Source of the DNA: an uncultured Gemmatimonadales bacterium | GTDB taxonomy: Bacteria; Gemmatimonadota; Gemmatimonadetes; Gemmatimonadales; GWC2-71-9 | Direction: 5' to 3' | Length of the DNA stretch: 64,000 nucleotides | Assembly: GCA_963795085.1 (NCBI GenBank) | Contig: CAWCFX010000001.1 | Location: forward strand, 64,001-128,000 | Part shown: piece after piece, positions 62,974 to 64,000 of the stretch | Numbering within the stretch: position 1 is the stretch's first letter | Layout of the letters: every line of letters begins with the position of its first letter | Notes under the pieces: model-generated | The model's database searches: none | What the model was told of the DNA's origin: nothing | The model's input: the letters and a program-made list of their open reading frames with translations, nothing else | Made by a program: the position numbers and the translations under genes

Positions 62974-63550
62974 AGATGCCGCCCAGCACCAGGTGCCTGA
63001 GGAGGTAGAGCGCCAGCCAGGCCACCAGAGGACTCAGGTCGAAGAACCCCAGGGGCGGCAGCCGGCGCCGGATCGGTTCGACCATCCAGTCGGTCAGGGT
63101 GTACGCGATGCGCATCCAGCGGTTGTACCGTCCGATGCCGACCCAGGAGCCCAGCACCCGGAGGAAGAGCGCCGCCATGAGGACGAAATACACCAGGTCG
63201 AGAAGAAAACTGGCCCAGGCCCGGGGTCCCGCGCGGCCCAGGCCGGACACGTAGTACACGGTCCCGATGAGCCAGCGGAGAAAGGCCAGCAGCAGGAGCC
63301 CGGCGACCAGCACGATCCCGACCAGCCAGAGGGGCGCGTCCTGGGGGTTCCCGCCCCATCGAAGCACGTGCCGCTCGACCGGCCGGATAAATGGCTCGGC
63401 GAGCCTGCGGGTGGCCATGGCGATGGCGCCGAATGGTTTCAGCCTGCCGTGGCGGATGGCCCAGTACACCACCGCAATGAGAACGGTAGCAAAGAAGACG
63501 GCGGCCACGGCATACCGCGCAACGACCAGGATGGTTGACAGGGACGACAT
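62963..63550 (-). CDS. yggT: YggT family membrane protein
   Basis: Two YGGT-like repeats (LAEPFIRP; LTDWMVEPIRR...DLSPLVA); adjacent to DUF167. Confidence 0.9.
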   Translation of the reverse strand: MSSLSTILVVARYAVAAVFFATVLIAVVYWAIRHGRLKPFGAIAMATRRLAEPFIRPVERHVLRWGGNPQDAPLWLVGIVLVAGLLLLAFLRWLIGTVYYVSGLGRAGPRAWASFLLDLVYFVLMAALFLRVLGSWVGIGRYNRWMRIAYTLTDWMVEPIRRRLPPLGFFDLSPLVAWLALYLLRHLVLGGIFGI

Positions 63551-63561
63551 GCCGGGGAGGG

Positions 63562-63999
63562 TTAGCGGGAAACTCGAAGGGTGGTGGACCCGCCGGCGGC
63601 CAGGGTACAGGTGACGGCGAATTCGCCGCCGGACAGCGCGGCTTCTTCCAGGATGGCGCTGGTACCCCGGCAAGCGGAAAGGGTCCGGTTCGCGGTGCTG
63701 CGGAAACCGACCGAGATGGTCGGAACGGCACCGGCGACTGACAGGGAACGCGTGGTGGCCGGCGTCAGCTCGTCCACTCCGAGCTCCCGGAGGCTTCGGG
63801 GAAACCGGCCCCGGTGGGAGCTCCGGTAACTCATCGCCCGGTCGGTGAGATCGTAGATCTCCCGGCCCAGCGCCGCGGCGTCGGAGGCGGCACTGGAAAC
63901 GGCGGGGGCGCGGCCTCCAGCGGAAGCCGCGCCCGCCCCGGGTTGATCATCATGTCCGCACCCGGCGGCCATCAGCGCGCCGGCGAGCAGGAGCGTCAG
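63562..63999 (-). CDS. Hypothetical lipoprotein, 5' end outside the window
   Basis: Frame open to the window edge: ...LTLLLAGALMAAG-C lipobox, then a small domain with two Cys. Confidence 0.65.
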   Translation of the reverse strand: MTLLLAGALMAAGCGHDDQPGAGAASAGGRAPAVSSAASDAAALGREIYDLTDRAMSYRSSHRGRFPRSLRELGVDELTPATTRSLSVAGAVPTISVGFRSTANRTLSACRGTSAILEEAALSGGEFAVTCTLAAGGSTTLRVSR

Positions 64000-64000
64000 T

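Overview
A GC-rich bacterial chromosomal window; the gene set suggests Gemmatimonadota (inference only). About 57 mostly minus-strand genes. In order: truncated fabH; a membrane PHP protein; an MsrP-like Mo-oxidoreductase/cytochrome b pair; an ECF sigma/anti-sigma/LTxxQ/TolC/MacAB/DUF5916 envelope cluster whose ABC ATPase carries a +1 frameshift; cardiolipin synthase, HD protein, cyclophilin and YyaL; nth with a polymerase-dead PolX and a coupled hypothetical; hydrolases and peptidases; an OPT transporter; three small stress-type genes behind tandem CRP-like boxes; dacB; a ~19.5 kb Wzm/Wzt glycan locus; acyl-CoA dehydrogenase; yitJ and metH under a SAM-II-type riboswitch with a clear terminator/antiterminator; yggU and yggT. 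No rRNA, tRNA, CRISPR array, transposase or phage gene was seen. The most notable signals are the transcription-type SAM-II riboswitch, the non-canonical PolX module, pseudo-enzyme glycosyltransferase pairs plus a GT2/NodS/deacetylase fusion in the glycan locus, and several different 7-9 bp tandem/palindromic repeat arrays at gene junctions. All calls come from manual motif reading; no searches were run.
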